Positions 38,571-48,806 of a stretch of DNA of 64,000 nucleotides are shown one piece after another. The first letter of the stretch is position 1. Each line of letters starts with the position of its first letter. The position numbers were made by a program, and so were the translations under genes. This DNA comes from Marispirochaeta sp. (lineage in GTDB: Bacteria > Spirochaetota > Spirochaetia > JC444 > Marispirochaetaceae): NCBI GenBank assembly GCA_963676835.2, contig CAXXFF010000001.1, positions 672,001 to 736,000 on the forward strand. Direction: 5' to 3'. The notes beneath the pieces were generated by a model. It did not search any database. It was not told where the DNA came from and worked only from the letters and a program-made list of their open reading frames with translations.

Positions 38571-40649
38571 ATGAAACGCCTGATAACCCTGATACCCTTC
38601 CTCATCCTGCTGGCAGCCGCCGCTTTTGCCCAGGAAACCCTGGAGCCTGTGGCCCTGCTGGAATACTATGACGATGAGTTTGAAATAGAAGTATATGATA
38701 TTGACGGAAATATGGTGGAGGAGCTCTTTTACGGCATGGAGCTTATGCCGGGAGACCGGATAAAAACCCTCTCCAGTTCCGCGGAAATCCGCCTGGATCC
38801 CAATGGTTCCATAGTGAAGCTCTCGGAAAACACCGAGTTTATTATTGAATCACTCCAGAGAGACGAACAGACAGCCAATGAGTTTACCCTCTTCGGCGGA
38901 AAAATTCGCACCGTAGCCGCCAAGATCGGCGTTTTTCAGCGCAACAACTACTCCATTCAGACCCCGTCCGCCGTTGCCGGCGTAAGGGGAACCGATTTCG
39001 GTCTGGAGGTTGTCCCCTCCCTCTCGGATGCCGCCTTCGTATTTGAAGGAGCCATCGAATACACCAGTCTGGCCACGGGCAAGGCTGTTAACCTTGGAGC
39101 CGGTCAGTTTGCCGATGCCCTGGGATCAAGCTTCGAGGCAGTGAATCTGAGCACTGAGCGGCTGGCCACTCTTTATCAGAACCTGCAGTTTACCAACCTT
39201 AATCCCGAGGAGGTTCCCGGCTATGTTGCTCCGGTGGTTAAGGAAGAAAAGAAGGCCCCGGAACCGGTGGAGGAAGCTCCTGCCGTAACTGAAGAGGAGG
39301 CTCCGGCCGAAGATAGCGCGGTAATGAACTTCCTTGCCCAGTACATGGGAATGGAAATCGGTACAGTAACCATCGATGGTGTCACCTATTCCAAACTGAT
39401 TTTGCAGCCCACCTTCAATGTGGGAAAATTCGGCATATCCCTTTACCTGCCGGTAATCTACAATACCAATCTTTTCGATCCCGATGACTGGTACCGGCCT
39501 GAAGATAACTATGAGTGGTCCTTCGGTACCGATCAGAACAGCATTGAAGACGGCACAAAAGACGCCATCCGCGACCTTGTTCTGAAGATCCGCTACATAG
39601 AATACGGCGACAACCGGGACACGGTATTCTTCAAAGTGGGCAACTACGACGATGTCACCATGGGACACGGAATTCTGATGAACCGCTTTGCCAACGATAC
39701 CGACTTTCCCGCAGTGCGCCGGGTTGGAATCAACGGCGGCGTAAACTCAAGCAAATGGACCCTTGAATCAGTAGTAAACGACCTTGCCGAACCGGAGATT
39801 ATGGGAGCCCGTATCGGCTACCGTCCCCTTGGAAGCGTCTTTCCCCTGGGATTCGGCGTCTCCTCCATTATGGATATCAACCCGGATGCGGATAATGCCT
39901 ACGGCGACCCGATACTCCTGAATCCTGCCCTGGATACGGAGTTTCCCCTGGTGGATAACGACAGCCTCTCCATTGTGGCCTATGCGGATATTGCAACCAC
40001 GGTGCCCTATTTCCGTGACAGCTACGGAACAAATGTAACTGCCGGCTGGCAGACGGATTTCTTTTATGATGATACGGCCGGAAGTTTTCTTGAAGGATTC
40101 CGCAATTACGGCTGGAATGCTGGAGTGCTCGGTAATATCTCAATCATGAGCTACAAACTTGAATACCAGTACGGTAATGGCATATTTTCAAACGGTCTGT
40201 ACGGACCAACCTACGAAAGATACAGAAATGAATACGGCTCTTATATTGCCCTAACTACCGAGTACCTTGATTTTATAGAAGATTATGAAACACAGGGAAT
40301 CTACGGTGAAGCGGGATTTGAAATTCCCAATATCCTGCTCATGGAAGCAGGATACCGCATGGCCTGGGATGATGACGGGCTCAACGGGACTGCCGACCTG
40401 TTCCATCTTCAGCTGACTGTTCCGACCATCCCCTTCATCGGCCTGAGTGCAGGACTGGGAATGGACACCGTGGGCTTTGCAGATGATATTATACACCGGA
40501 CCCTTTTTGATGAAGGCACAGCCCTCTACGGCGAACTGGTCTATCCCATTGCACCGACCCTCAAACTTGCGGCGGTGCTTACCAACTTTGTCAACGCCGA
40601 CGGAGATGCGAACTTCGCAGTCTCCATCGAAACCAGGGTGGCCTTTTAG
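38571..40649 (+). CDS. FecR-domain protein fused to an outer-membrane beta-barrel
   Basis: GDRIKT..AEIRLD.NGSIVKLSENT..QTPSAVAGVRGTDF (FecR); Pro/Glu linker; barrel ending ETRVAF. Confidence 0.8.
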   Translation: MKRLITLIPFLILLAAAAFAQETLEPVALLEYYDDEFEIEVYDIDGNMVEELFYGMELMPGDRIKTLSSSAEIRLDPNGSIVKLSENTEFIIESLQRDEQTANEFTLFGGKIRTVAAKIGVFQRNNYSIQTPSAVAGVRGTDFGLEVVPSLSDAAFVFEGAIEYTSLATGKAVNLGAGQFADALGSSFEAVNLSTERLATLYQNLQFTNLNPEEVPGYVAPVVKEEKKAPEPVEEAPAVTEEEAPAEDSAVMNFLAQYMGMEIGTVTIDGVTYSKLILQPTFNVGKFGISLYLPVIYNTNLFDPDDWYRPEDNYEWSFGTDQNSIEDGTKDAIRDLVLKIRYIEYGDNRDTVFFKVGNYDDVTMGHGILMNRFANDTDFPAVRRVGINGGVNSSKWTLESVVNDLAEPEIMGARIGYRPLGSVFPLGFGVSSIMDINPDADNAYGDPILLNPALDTEFPLVDNDSLSIVAYADIATTVPYFRDSYGTNVTAGWQTDFFYDDTAGSFLEGFRNYGWNAGVLGNISIMSYKLEYQYGNGIFSNGLYGPTYERYRNEYGSYIALTTEYLDFIEDYETQGIYGEAGFEIPNILLMEAGYRMAWDDDGLNGTADLFHLQLTVPTIPFIGLSAGLGMDTVGFADDIIHRTLFDEGTALYGELVYPIAPTLKLAAVLTNFVNADGDANFAVSIETRVAF

Positions 40650-40672
40650 AAGCCTGCTTTTTAGGAGAACAG

Positions 40673-42487
40673 ATGGAAAACCAGACCATCCCCCGGAGGG
40701 TTAAACTCCTCCGGGACGATGTGGCTCGAAAAATTGCGGCCGGCGAGGTAATCGACCGGCCGTTTTCTGTTGTCAGGGAACTTCTGGACAATGCAGTTGA
40801 TGCCGGAGCCGCATCCATTCAGGTGGATCTCTCCAAAGGCGGCATCGGCCTGATCCGGGTAAGTGATGACGGCTGCGGAATGAGCGAAGAGGATCTCAAG
40901 CTCTGCTTTCTGCCTCACGCCACCAGTAAAATCGAAACCGTTGACGACCTCTACCATACAACCAGCCTGGGTTTCCGGGGAGAAGCCCTGGGGAGTATCG
41001 GTTCCTGCGCACGTCTGCGGATTACCAGCGGCACCGACGAGAATATACGGAGACTGGTAGTTGAAAACGGGGAGCTCTCATCCCTGGAACCCTGGCGGGG
41101 CCGTAAAGGGACCACAGTCGAGGTGGAGGATATTTTCTACAACCTCCCCGGCCGCAGACGCTTTTTAAAAAGCGCCCAGTCTGAAGGAACCCTGTGCAGA
41201 ACTACATTTTTAGAGAAGGCTGTGCCCTTTCCGGATATTCAGTTCCAGCTTCTCAATGAAGGCAGCCCCAAAATGACCCTGCCTCCGGGAGACAGAATCG
41301 CCCGGGTATGCGCAGCCTATCCTTCCATCTTTCCCCGGGGCACAACTGAATCATTTTCAGAAGAGGGAACGGGCTTCTCTTTTACCGTGGTGCATGCATC
41401 CCCGGCGGTCTACCGCCGGGACAGGCGCTATATACATGTATATCTGAACAAGCGCCGTATTCAGGAGTTTTCCCTGCTGCAGGCGGTGGAATACGGTTTT
41501 TCCACGGTCCTCCCCGGCGGCAGCTACCCGGTGGCCATGCTTTTTCTGGAAGTAGACCCGGAACAGGTGGATTTTAATATTCATCCTGCCAAAAGAGAGG
41601 CAAGGATCAGGATTTTAAAGGAGATTCATCATGCGGTATCCTCATCCATTCAGCAGCATGTGAGCCGTCCTGCGAGCATAAGCAGGGGAAGCACCAGGAG
41701 CTTCAGTCAGGCCCCCACCCTTGGCGATTTCTCAGGCTTTGCCTCGGAAAAAGAGGAGAGATCTGAAGAAATAAAGAAGGCCTTCAGAGCTTTTCCAAAA
41801 GAAACCAGCAATCCTGCATCTGTCGAATACCGCCGGTACAGACAGTCTGCAGAGCCGGTACTGCCCCGATCCCACAGGCCGCCGGATGCTGCTGAAAGAA
41901 TAGACAGCTGGAAAGTAATTCCCCATAGAGAGATGCCTGCCCCGAAACCGGGAAGCAGAATCACCTATATCGGTCAGGCCTTCGAACTTTTTCTTATATG
42001 CCAGGTAGAAGAAGAACTTTTTATGGTTGATCAGCATGCAGCCCACGAGCGCATCCTCTATGAAAGATTCTCAAAGCCGGACCCCAACCCACAGGGGCTT
42101 ATGGTTCCGCTTGAAATAGAAGCCCCGGGCAGTGAGGAATACAGCAGTGGCTTACTGGAAAAACTCAAGCCCCTTGGTTTCCGCGGCCATATGGAGGGTG
42201 AGAAAATCCTCATAGAGAGTATCCCCTCCTCCTACCGTGGGGTAGAAAAAGAACTTAGCGCTTTTATAGAAGGAGCTGCGGGATCTCTGGATAATCTTTT
42301 ACGGGATCTCTATGCGGATATGTCCTGCAAGGCAGCGGTAAAAGACGGAGAAACCCTGGACCGGGTCAGCGCGGAAAGTCTTCTGGAAGAGGTTTTCAAA
42401 CTGCCCGAGCCCCGCTGCCCCCACGGCCGACCGGTCTGGTACCGCTTAAGCCGTGAAGAACTCTTTGCCTTTGTAGGACGTACCTGA
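40673..42487 (+). CDS. mutL: DNA mismatch repair endonuclease MutL
   Basis: IAAGEVI, ELLDNAVDAGA, GFRGEAL, DQHAAHERILYE, CPHGRP. Confidence 0.97.
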   Translation: MENQTIPRRVKLLRDDVARKIAAGEVIDRPFSVVRELLDNAVDAGAASIQVDLSKGGIGLIRVSDDGCGMSEEDLKLCFLPHATSKIETVDDLYHTTSLGFRGEALGSIGSCARLRITSGTDENIRRLVVENGELSSLEPWRGRKGTTVEVEDIFYNLPGRRRFLKSAQSEGTLCRTTFLEKAVPFPDIQFQLLNEGSPKMTLPPGDRIARVCAAYPSIFPRGTTESFSEEGTGFSFTVVHASPAVYRRDRRYIHVYLNKRRIQEFSLLQAVEYGFSTVLPGGSYPVAMLFLEVDPEQVDFNIHPAKREARIRILKEIHHAVSSSIQQHVSRPASISRGSTRSFSQAPTLGDFSGFASEKEERSEEIKKAFRAFPKETSNPASVEYRRYRQSAEPVLPRSHRPPDAAERIDSWKVIPHREMPAPKPGSRITYIGQAFELFLICQVEEELFMVDQHAAHERILYERFSKPDPNPQGLMVPLEIEAPGSEEYSSGLLEKLKPLGFRGHMEGEKILIESIPSSYRGVEKELSAFIEGAAGSLDNLLRDLYADMSCKAAVKDGETLDRVSAESLLEEVFKLPEPRCPHGRPVWYRLSREELFAFVGRT

Positions 42488-42490
42488 GGC

Positions 42491-44341
42491 TTAAAGCAGG
42501 GCCTCTATTTCGGCACGTTTGGGGTAATCCGGTTTTTTCTCCAGCAGTTTATTGAAGATAGACCGTGCTCCCTCTTTGTCTCCCTCGGAATAGAGCACCA
42601 TTCCAAGGCGGTAATATCCATCCCAGAAAGCAGGATCTATCTTGATCAGTTCCACCAGGGCATCCTTTGCCAGGGTGGTCTGGTCCGTTTCGATATAAGC
42701 GATGGCCAGGTTGTATCGGATAAGGGTTGCATTGGGTTTTACCGCCACGGCCTTTTTATAGTGCTTTACCGCATCGTTGTAGAGCTCCGCATGAAGATAT
42801 ACATTTCCCAGGTTGTTATTCACCTCAAGGGAGTTCGGCTCAATGTTATAGGCTGCCAGAAGATGGTCCAGTGCCTTCTCTTTCTCTCCCCGGGAATCGT
42901 AGAGTTTGCCAAGGTTTATCCGTGGTTTTACATAGTTGGGATCAAGGCGGATAGCCTTTTCGTAGGCCTGAACCGCATAATCAACATTACCCGTCAGTTC
43001 CGCAGCCTGTCCCAGGGTATAGACATACAGAGGATTATCCCCTTCAAGTTTTACCGCCTGTGCGGCTGACTCAAGGGCCGGCCCCGCCTGATTGAGCTTT
43101 ATTCGTGCCAGAGCGAGATTATAGAAAACATCCGCCCGGGTGGAATCCAAACCTGCAGCAACCTTGAAATAGGCCTCTGCATCACTGGATTTTCCCTGAT
43201 CAAAGAGGTTTATACCATGATACAGGTTGTAATTTACGTTTTCGGGATCCCTGGTCACAGCAATCTTGTAGTTTTCTTCCGCCTTTCCCAGATCGCCTTT
43301 GGCACGGTAGGCATTGGCCAGGGCAAAATAGGCTGAAACCAGATCCGGAGAATATTTAACCGTATTAGAGAAAGCCGTAACCGCCCCGGCAGGATTGTTC
43401 AGGCGGTTTTCCGTTAGCCCCAGGTTGAACCATGCCTTGGCGTAATCCCGTACCAGATACACAGCGCCTTCGAAAGACTGTTTTGCATCGCGGAACTGTC
43501 CTGCCCGGTACTGAACCTTTCCCAGTTCAAAAAGAACATCCGCATTCTCAGGATTCAGCCGGGAAGCTTCCTTGAAATGGCGGATAGCATCATCCCAGCG
43601 CCGGGTGTTGGCGTAGATATTACCCAGGGTATTGTGGGGAATCCAGAGATTGGGATCCTTCTGAATAGCCTTGTTGGCGTTGGTTACCGCTTCGTTAAGA
43701 GATGTCTGGCTTTCGGAATCTTCCCGGTAGAAGGCCTCCCCTTTCATGGCGTAGGCATAGGCAACATCGGGATCCAGCCCCAGGGCCTCATCAAAGAGAT
43801 CACGGGCCTCGGGATAGGACTCTTTTTCCATGGCAGCCACGCCCTGCTGAATCAGGCGGTTCACCTCTTCCTGCTTTTTCCGTTCAGCCTCGGTTCTTGC
43901 CGCCTCGTCTGCTTTCGGATCATACTGGGGGACGGCCTGGATCACCGGCTGGGGCACAGGCTGCTTGCTGCCGGTCTCCTTTATGGTATCACTCAAGGAG
44001 GAAAGGGATTCGGTGAGATCATCCTGCCTGGCCTTGTCCTGCTCCTGCTTATGGTTCTCTTCATCTTTTCGGGCCTGAATAACCGCATCCCGCAGGGCTC
44101 TTGCCTCCTGGTCATCGGGATTCTGCAGCAGCAGCTGGTCGATCAGATCCAGGGCTCGTTGAAACTCACCCTGTTCGTAGTATTCCGAGGCAAGCCGAAT
44201 GGTATTCCCCCGGATATCAGTGGCCTCGGTAGTTCCGGAATCACCGGATTTCCAGGGTGCCCAGACAGCAAGACCTCCAAGCAGAAGAATAAGTAAAACA
44301 GCCGCTGTGGCTGCAGCAATAATTTTCCGGTTCATAATCAA
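42491..44341 (-). CDS. Membrane-anchored TPR repeat protein
   Basis: N-terminal TM followed by more than 10 TPRs. Confidence 0.85.
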   Translation of the reverse strand: MIMNRKIIAAATAAVLLILLLGGLAVWAPWKSGDSGTTEATDIRGNTIRLASEYYEQGEFQRALDLIDQLLLQNPDDQEARALRDAVIQARKDEENHKQEQDKARQDDLTESLSSLSDTIKETGSKQPVPQPVIQAVPQYDPKADEAARTEAERKKQEEVNRLIQQGVAAMEKESYPEARDLFDEALGLDPDVAYAYAMKGEAFYREDSESQTSLNEAVTNANKAIQKDPNLWIPHNTLGNIYANTRRWDDAIRHFKEASRLNPENADVLFELGKVQYRAGQFRDAKQSFEGAVYLVRDYAKAWFNLGLTENRLNNPAGAVTAFSNTVKYSPDLVSAYFALANAYRAKGDLGKAEENYKIAVTRDPENVNYNLYHGINLFDQGKSSDAEAYFKVAAGLDSTRADVFYNLALARIKLNQAGPALESAAQAVKLEGDNPLYVYTLGQAAELTGNVDYAVQAYEKAIRLDPNYVKPRINLGKLYDSRGEKEKALDHLLAAYNIEPNSLEVNNNLGNVYLHAELYNDAVKHYKKAVAVKPNATLIRYNLAIAYIETDQTTLAKDALVELIKIDPAFWDGYYRLGMVLYSEGDKEGARSIFNKLLEKKPDYPKRAEIEALL

Positions 44342-44353
44342 ATACTCCTTGGT

Positions 44354-45076
44354 CTATTCCGCCAGTTCAATTTCTATATCAGGTTCAACAATACTCTCAG
44401 TACCGGCAGAGAGGGACTGAGTATCTTCGGTGACATCATCAAGTGAGCTCAGGACTGAATCAAGCAAAGCCTTCTGACGGGCCTCTTCCTCAAGCCTTCG
44501 GGCTTCGTCGGCAAGGGCCTTTTCCCGTTCAGCCTCAAGCAGCTGATTGAGTACCGCTATCATTTTACGTATTTCCGGCTCCTGCCTGGGCTCTGTTTCG
44601 AGGTTCAGATAGGTTGAATAATCCGTAACCGCTTTCTCGTACTGACGAAGCTCCACCCGGGAATTGGCCCTGTTAAGATAGACACCATAGTTGACAGGAT
44701 TCTCCTGAAGGGCCTTGTCATACTGCTCCAATGCATCTAAAAAACGCTCCATCTTGAAAAAGTTCCTGCCCATGGCATTATAAAAAAGGTCCTTATCCAG
44801 GGTGGCCACAGAAGCGCCCTTCTGATAAATTTCCACAGCTTTTTCCGGAGAGCCGAGCATTTCATACACATAGCCGAGGTTGCGGTAGATTCCCGGATCC
44901 TGCGGATTCTGTTCCAGGGCCGTTTTGTACAGCGGCAGAGCCTCCTCGGGCTTGTTGTACTGGAGAAGCTCGTCTGCCCGGGCCTTCGGTCCCTTCTGCT
45001 CCTGGGCGAAGAGGCCCATGGGAAGCACCACAGTAATAATTGTTACCAGAATAAGCAGATACCTGTTGATACGCAT
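44354..45076 (-). CDS. Exported TPR protein
   Basis: Signal peptide from ATG 45076 (AAGGGG SD); TPRs. Confidence 0.8.
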   Translation of the reverse strand: MRINRYLLILVTIITVVLPMGLFAQEQKGPKARADELLQYNKPEEALPLYKTALEQNPQDPGIYRNLGYVYEMLGSPEKAVEIYQKGASVATLDKDLFYNAMGRNFFKMERFLDALEQYDKALQENPVNYGVYLNRANSRVELRQYEKAVTDYSTYLNLETEPRQEPEIRKMIAVLNQLLEAEREKALADEARRLEEEARQKALLDSVLSSLDDVTEDTQSLSAGTESIVEPDIEIELAE

Positions 45077-45088
45077 CACCCCTTTTGT

Positions 45089-45117
45089 TTGACATGTTGG
45101 CAAAAAGCGATTACTCT
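45089..45117 (+). promoter_or_regulatory. Sigma70 promoter of the TPR-Mrr operon
   Basis: TTGACA-17-TACTCT. Confidence 0.6.
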
Positions 45118-45137
45118 TCTGATGTTGGAGCAACCAT

Positions 45138-46514
45138 ATGCCGGCGATAATAGTACTTATAGTAATTTTCGGAACAGCAATCGGCCTTATTACCATTTTT
45201 CTTCTCAAAACCATAATTGCGCCCAAACGGGTGGCGACTCTACAGGATTATTACCGGCAGGGTAAATACACAGCGGCTATTCGCATGGCCAAGCAAATTA
45301 TAGCAAAGGAGCCGCGCAATAGTGAAGCCCACTATATTCTCGGCCTGAGCTACATTAAAGATAATAAAACCGAGCTGGCCCTTATGGAGCTGAAAACCGT
45401 TAATCAGATCGGCCGCTTCGGCGGAGCCTGCCCGGAAGTGGATTTCCGCAAGAATATCGCCTCCCTTTACGCGAAATACGGGCAGGCAGAGGAAGCTCTG
45501 AAAGAGTACGTCCTGCTGATGAAGCAGGAACCCAATGAGCCGGACCACTACTACAATACAGCCATGCTCTTTGAAGAACGGAACAAGACAGACAGAGCCA
45601 TGGGATTCTACCGTAAAACCATAGAAGTAGCCCCGCGGCACTCCAATGCCCACTACAAACTGGGGACCCTCCTCTATCGCAATAAAAAACCGGTGGAAGC
45701 CAAGGTAGAGCTGGAAACCTCCATCAAACTTAAACCGGATAACTACACCGCCCACTTTTATCTCGGCCGGCTTCTGAAGGAGAGTCACGACTACGTCAAT
45801 GCACTCCACTCATTCGAGAAGGCCCAGAGAGACCCGGACATGAAGATTAAAGCCCTGGTTGAACGGGGCAGCTGCTACATGAGCATGAATAACTTCGACA
45901 AAGCCATAACCGAACTGGAACGGGGAGTAAAGCTCTCCCAGGATGACGGCAGCACAGAGAGCCTCTACGGACGTTATTTTCTGGCCCTCTGCTACGAAAA
46001 GCTCCGGGATATTGACATGGCTGTGGATCAGTGGGAGAAGATCTACGCGAAAAAGCCCCAGTTTAGAGATGTGGCGGAAAAGCTGAGTCAGTACCAGGAT
46101 CTGCGCACCAATGACCATATGAAAGACTACCTTACCGCATCTCCCCAGGAATTCCACGAAATTTGCCGGGCGGTCTGTTCAAAGATGAGCCTGAGAGTAC
46201 GGGACCTTAACGAAGTACCCAACGGCTGTGAAATTATTGCCGTTGACGACGATACCCGCTGGCGGAATACCAAGAAAATGCCGCGGCTGATTCACTTTTA
46301 CCGGGTTCCCGAAATGATTGCAGAGTCCACCGTACGGAGCTTCCATGAGCTTATGAAGAAGTATTCCGTACAGAGGGGAATCATGCTCTCCAGTTCAAAC
46401 TTCTCAAGAATTGCCATGGATTTTGTTGAATCCCGCCCCATCGACCTTATAGACAAGGATAAGCTTCAGGAACTTATGCAGGATATAGAACTTCCCGGGC
46501 TCCCGAAGCGCTAA
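45138..46514 (+). CDS. Membrane-anchored TPR protein with C-terminal Mrr-like restriction-endonuclease-fold domain
   Basis: TM, TPRs, then SPQEFHEIC..VRSF..RGIMLSSSNFS..AMDF..PIDLIDKDKL (Mrr_cat pattern). Confidence 0.75.
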   Translation: MPAIIVLIVIFGTAIGLITIFLLKTIIAPKRVATLQDYYRQGKYTAAIRMAKQIIAKEPRNSEAHYILGLSYIKDNKTELALMELKTVNQIGRFGGACPEVDFRKNIASLYAKYGQAEEALKEYVLLMKQEPNEPDHYYNTAMLFEERNKTDRAMGFYRKTIEVAPRHSNAHYKLGTLLYRNKKPVEAKVELETSIKLKPDNYTAHFYLGRLLKESHDYVNALHSFEKAQRDPDMKIKALVERGSCYMSMNNFDKAITELERGVKLSQDDGSTESLYGRYFLALCYEKLRDIDMAVDQWEKIYAKKPQFRDVAEKLSQYQDLRTNDHMKDYLTASPQEFHEICRAVCSKMSLRVRDLNEVPNGCEIIAVDDDTRWRNTKKMPRLIHFYRVPEMIAESTVRSFHELMKKYSVQRGIMLSSSNFSRIAMDFVESRPIDLIDKDKLQELMQDIELPGLPKR

Positions 46515-46524
46515 GCCTGCCGGA

Positions 46525-47190
46525 GTGAAAATACTCTGCGTTTCCGATCATATTGATCCCCTGGTATATTCCAACAGTATCAAAGAGCGTTTCGGCGATG
46601 TAAAGCTCGTTATTGGTGCAGGAGACCTCGACCTTGACTATTACGGGTTTATCGTCTCATCTTTGAATGTTCCACTCTGCTTTGTCTTCGGTAATCATAA
46701 CCTTAAAAAGATTCAGGATTACCGCAAAGAGTACAGGACAAATCCGGCCTGGGACTCACCCTACAGCCTGCCCCAGACCTACGGTTCCACCTATGTAGGA
46801 GGAAAGGTTGTAAAGGTAAAACACCTGCTTATTGCCGGTCTGGGGGGAAGCATGAAATATAATGCCGGGCCCAACCAGTTTTCCAATACAGGCATGATGC
46901 TCTATTCTCTGCGTATTCTTCCCAGGCTGCTGTTTAACCGCATAGTCTACGGACGCTTTCTTGACATTCTCGTTACCCATGCCCCGCCGGAGGGAATACA
47001 CGACAGGGATGATCCCTGTCACAGAGGATTCAGGTTCTTCAGAACATTTATCCGCCTGTTTAAACCGCGTTACCTGGTCCATGGACATGTTCACCTATAC
47101 GACCTCAACGCCTCCCGGGAAACCCTTGTAGACAGCACCCGGGTAGTAAACGCCTACGATCATCATGTTATAGAGATAGAGGATATATGA
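46525..47190 (+). CDS. Calcineurin-like metallophosphoesterase
   Basis: VSDH, GAGDL, FGNHN, THAPP, HGHVH. Confidence 0.9.
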   Translation: MKILCVSDHIDPLVYSNSIKERFGDVKLVIGAGDLDLDYYGFIVSSLNVPLCFVFGNHNLKKIQDYRKEYRTNPAWDSPYSLPQTYGSTYVGGKVVKVKHLLIAGLGGSMKYNAGPNQFSNTGMMLYSLRILPRLLFNRIVYGRFLDILVTHAPPEGIHDRDDPCHRGFRFFRTFIRLFKPRYLVHGHVHLYDLNASRETLVDSTRVVNAYDHHVIEIEDI

Positions 47191-48104
47191 GTCATCTGGC
47201 AGAAGAAAAAGCGCGGGACGATTTTAATAAAGCCCGTGGCAGAGCCACAATTGGTAAGGTTCTTAACTACCTGACACCGGAAAAGCAGGACCTCCTCTCC
47301 CTTCAGGATGTAAGGAAGCTTCTGAAGCCCCGTTCCGAGTCTTATAAGGGAATGAAGGCTGTACCGGTAGACAGGATCATCGGATCCGAAGGCCGCTACA
47401 AGGATTTCAACAAGGCATTTCTGCCGAAATTTGAACACAGTCGGGGACGCTGGCAGAGCATAGATAAAGCACATATTACCGATGTAATCCTTCCGCCAAT
47501 CAAACTCTATGAAATCGGCGGAGTTTATTTTGTACGGGACGGAAATCACCGGGTTTCTGTTGCCCGCCATCAGGGAGTACATGCCATAGATGCGGAAGTA
47601 ACCCGCCTTGATACCTCAATAAAAATAGAGCCCCATATGACTATTGAAGGTTTAAAGAACTCGGTTATTCTCTACGAAAAACAGCGGGTATTTAAAAACT
47701 CCGAGCTCGGAAAGGTTATACATCCCCATGAGCTCTCATTTTCCGAACCCGGCAGATACTATGAGCTTTTACGGCACATACAGGGCCACAAGTACTTTCT
47801 CAACCTGGACACAAAAGAGGAGATATCATTCTTGGCTGCCGGGCAGTCCTGGTATAAAAACCTGTACAAACCGATTATTCACGTTATTAAATCCCGCCGC
47901 TTTCACAAGCGATTCAAGGGAAGAACCCCTTCGGATCTGTATATGTGGATCATCAAACACTGGCATGAACTGAAGGAAAAATACGGCAGTGAGTATCCCA
48001 TGGAAGCGGCGGCAAAGCATTTTGCAGAAACCTACGGTCAGACACCTTTCGAAAAGATTCTCGAAAAAGCCGCAAGAATATTCGGAGACCGCAGCCGCCG
48101 CTGA
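47187..48104 (+). CDS. ParB/Sulfiredoxin-like domain protein (DUF4032-like C-terminus)
   Basis: PPIKLY..YFVRDGNHRVSVA; ATGA overlap with the upstream gene. Confidence 0.75.
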   Translation: MSHLAEEKARDDFNKARGRATIGKVLNYLTPEKQDLLSLQDVRKLLKPRSESYKGMKAVPVDRIIGSEGRYKDFNKAFLPKFEHSRGRWQSIDKAHITDVILPPIKLYEIGGVYFVRDGNHRVSVARHQGVHAIDAEVTRLDTSIKIEPHMTIEGLKNSVILYEKQRVFKNSELGKVIHPHELSFSEPGRYYELLRHIQGHKYFLNLDTKEEISFLAAGQSWYKNLYKPIIHVIKSRRFHKRFKGRTPSDLYMWIIKHWHELKEKYGSEYPMEAAAKHFAETYGQTPFEKILEKAARIFGDRSRR

Positions 48105-48140
48105 AGGCGCAGACAGTCGAAAAAAGAGAGGCAAAAGAAA

Positions 48141-48806
48141 TTAATACGGTCCTGATCCGATATACCAGCCCCGGTCGGACTCGAATTCAAAGACATACCA
48201 CTGCAGTGTCCCGCTTCCGGCGGATTTCGTATAATTCGAAGTGTCAAATATCGATGAAGGGGTCTCAAACACAGCACTGATTTCCCCTTCGCTGTTAACG
48301 GCAACACATTGATAGGGACCACCGTTACCCCTGATACTCCCGGTATCTCCTGACAACTCAAGCTCGGGAACAATCCGAAGATTCGGCTGATATTCATTCT
48401 GATCAAACTCCGGCAGATCGATATAGATTGAATCCACCGCCTCTTCGCCGCCACGGTCAATCAGCTGAAGTTTATATGCTCCCCGGGGAATTCCTGCGGG
48501 AGCTGTAAGGGCGGTACTGCCTATCCAGGTTTCGTTGTTTGCCGACCGTTTGGTCCAGTTTTCTCCGCTCAGGTGCCAGAAAAGCCGGGAGTCGGTACTG
48601 CTGAGATAAAAATCCTCAATATCCTCCACTCCGTCGGGATCCTCGGTACGGGCAAAAAAAGAGAGATATTCGCGGTATACACCATCAGCGGTATTTTTTA
48701 TCTCCAGCAGACTCCACTCCATCCCGCTGATGCGGGGTGGCTTTCCCTGACAGGCTGACACTACAAGGAGCAGAGGCAGCAGAATAAACAGAACAGACTT
48801 TTTCAT
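48141..48806 (-). CDS. Hypothetical lipoprotein
   Basis: MKK..LLLVVSAC lipobox. Confidence 0.7.
   Translation of the reverse strand: MKKSVLFILLPLLLVVSACQGKPPRISGMEWSLLEIKNTADGVYREYLSFFARTEDPDGVEDIEDFYLSSTDSRLFWHLSGENWTKRSANNETWIGSTALTAPAGIPRGAYKLQLIDRGGEEAVDSIYIDLPEFDQNEYQPNLRIVPELELSGDTGSIRGNGGPYQCVAVNSEGEISAVFETPSSIFDTSNYTKSAGSGTLQWYVFEFESDRGWYIGSGPY

Noticed and set aside
45138..48104. Active type IV restriction defence system
   Set aside because: Mrr catalytic residues appear substituted, the protein is membrane-anchored, and the context is housekeeping
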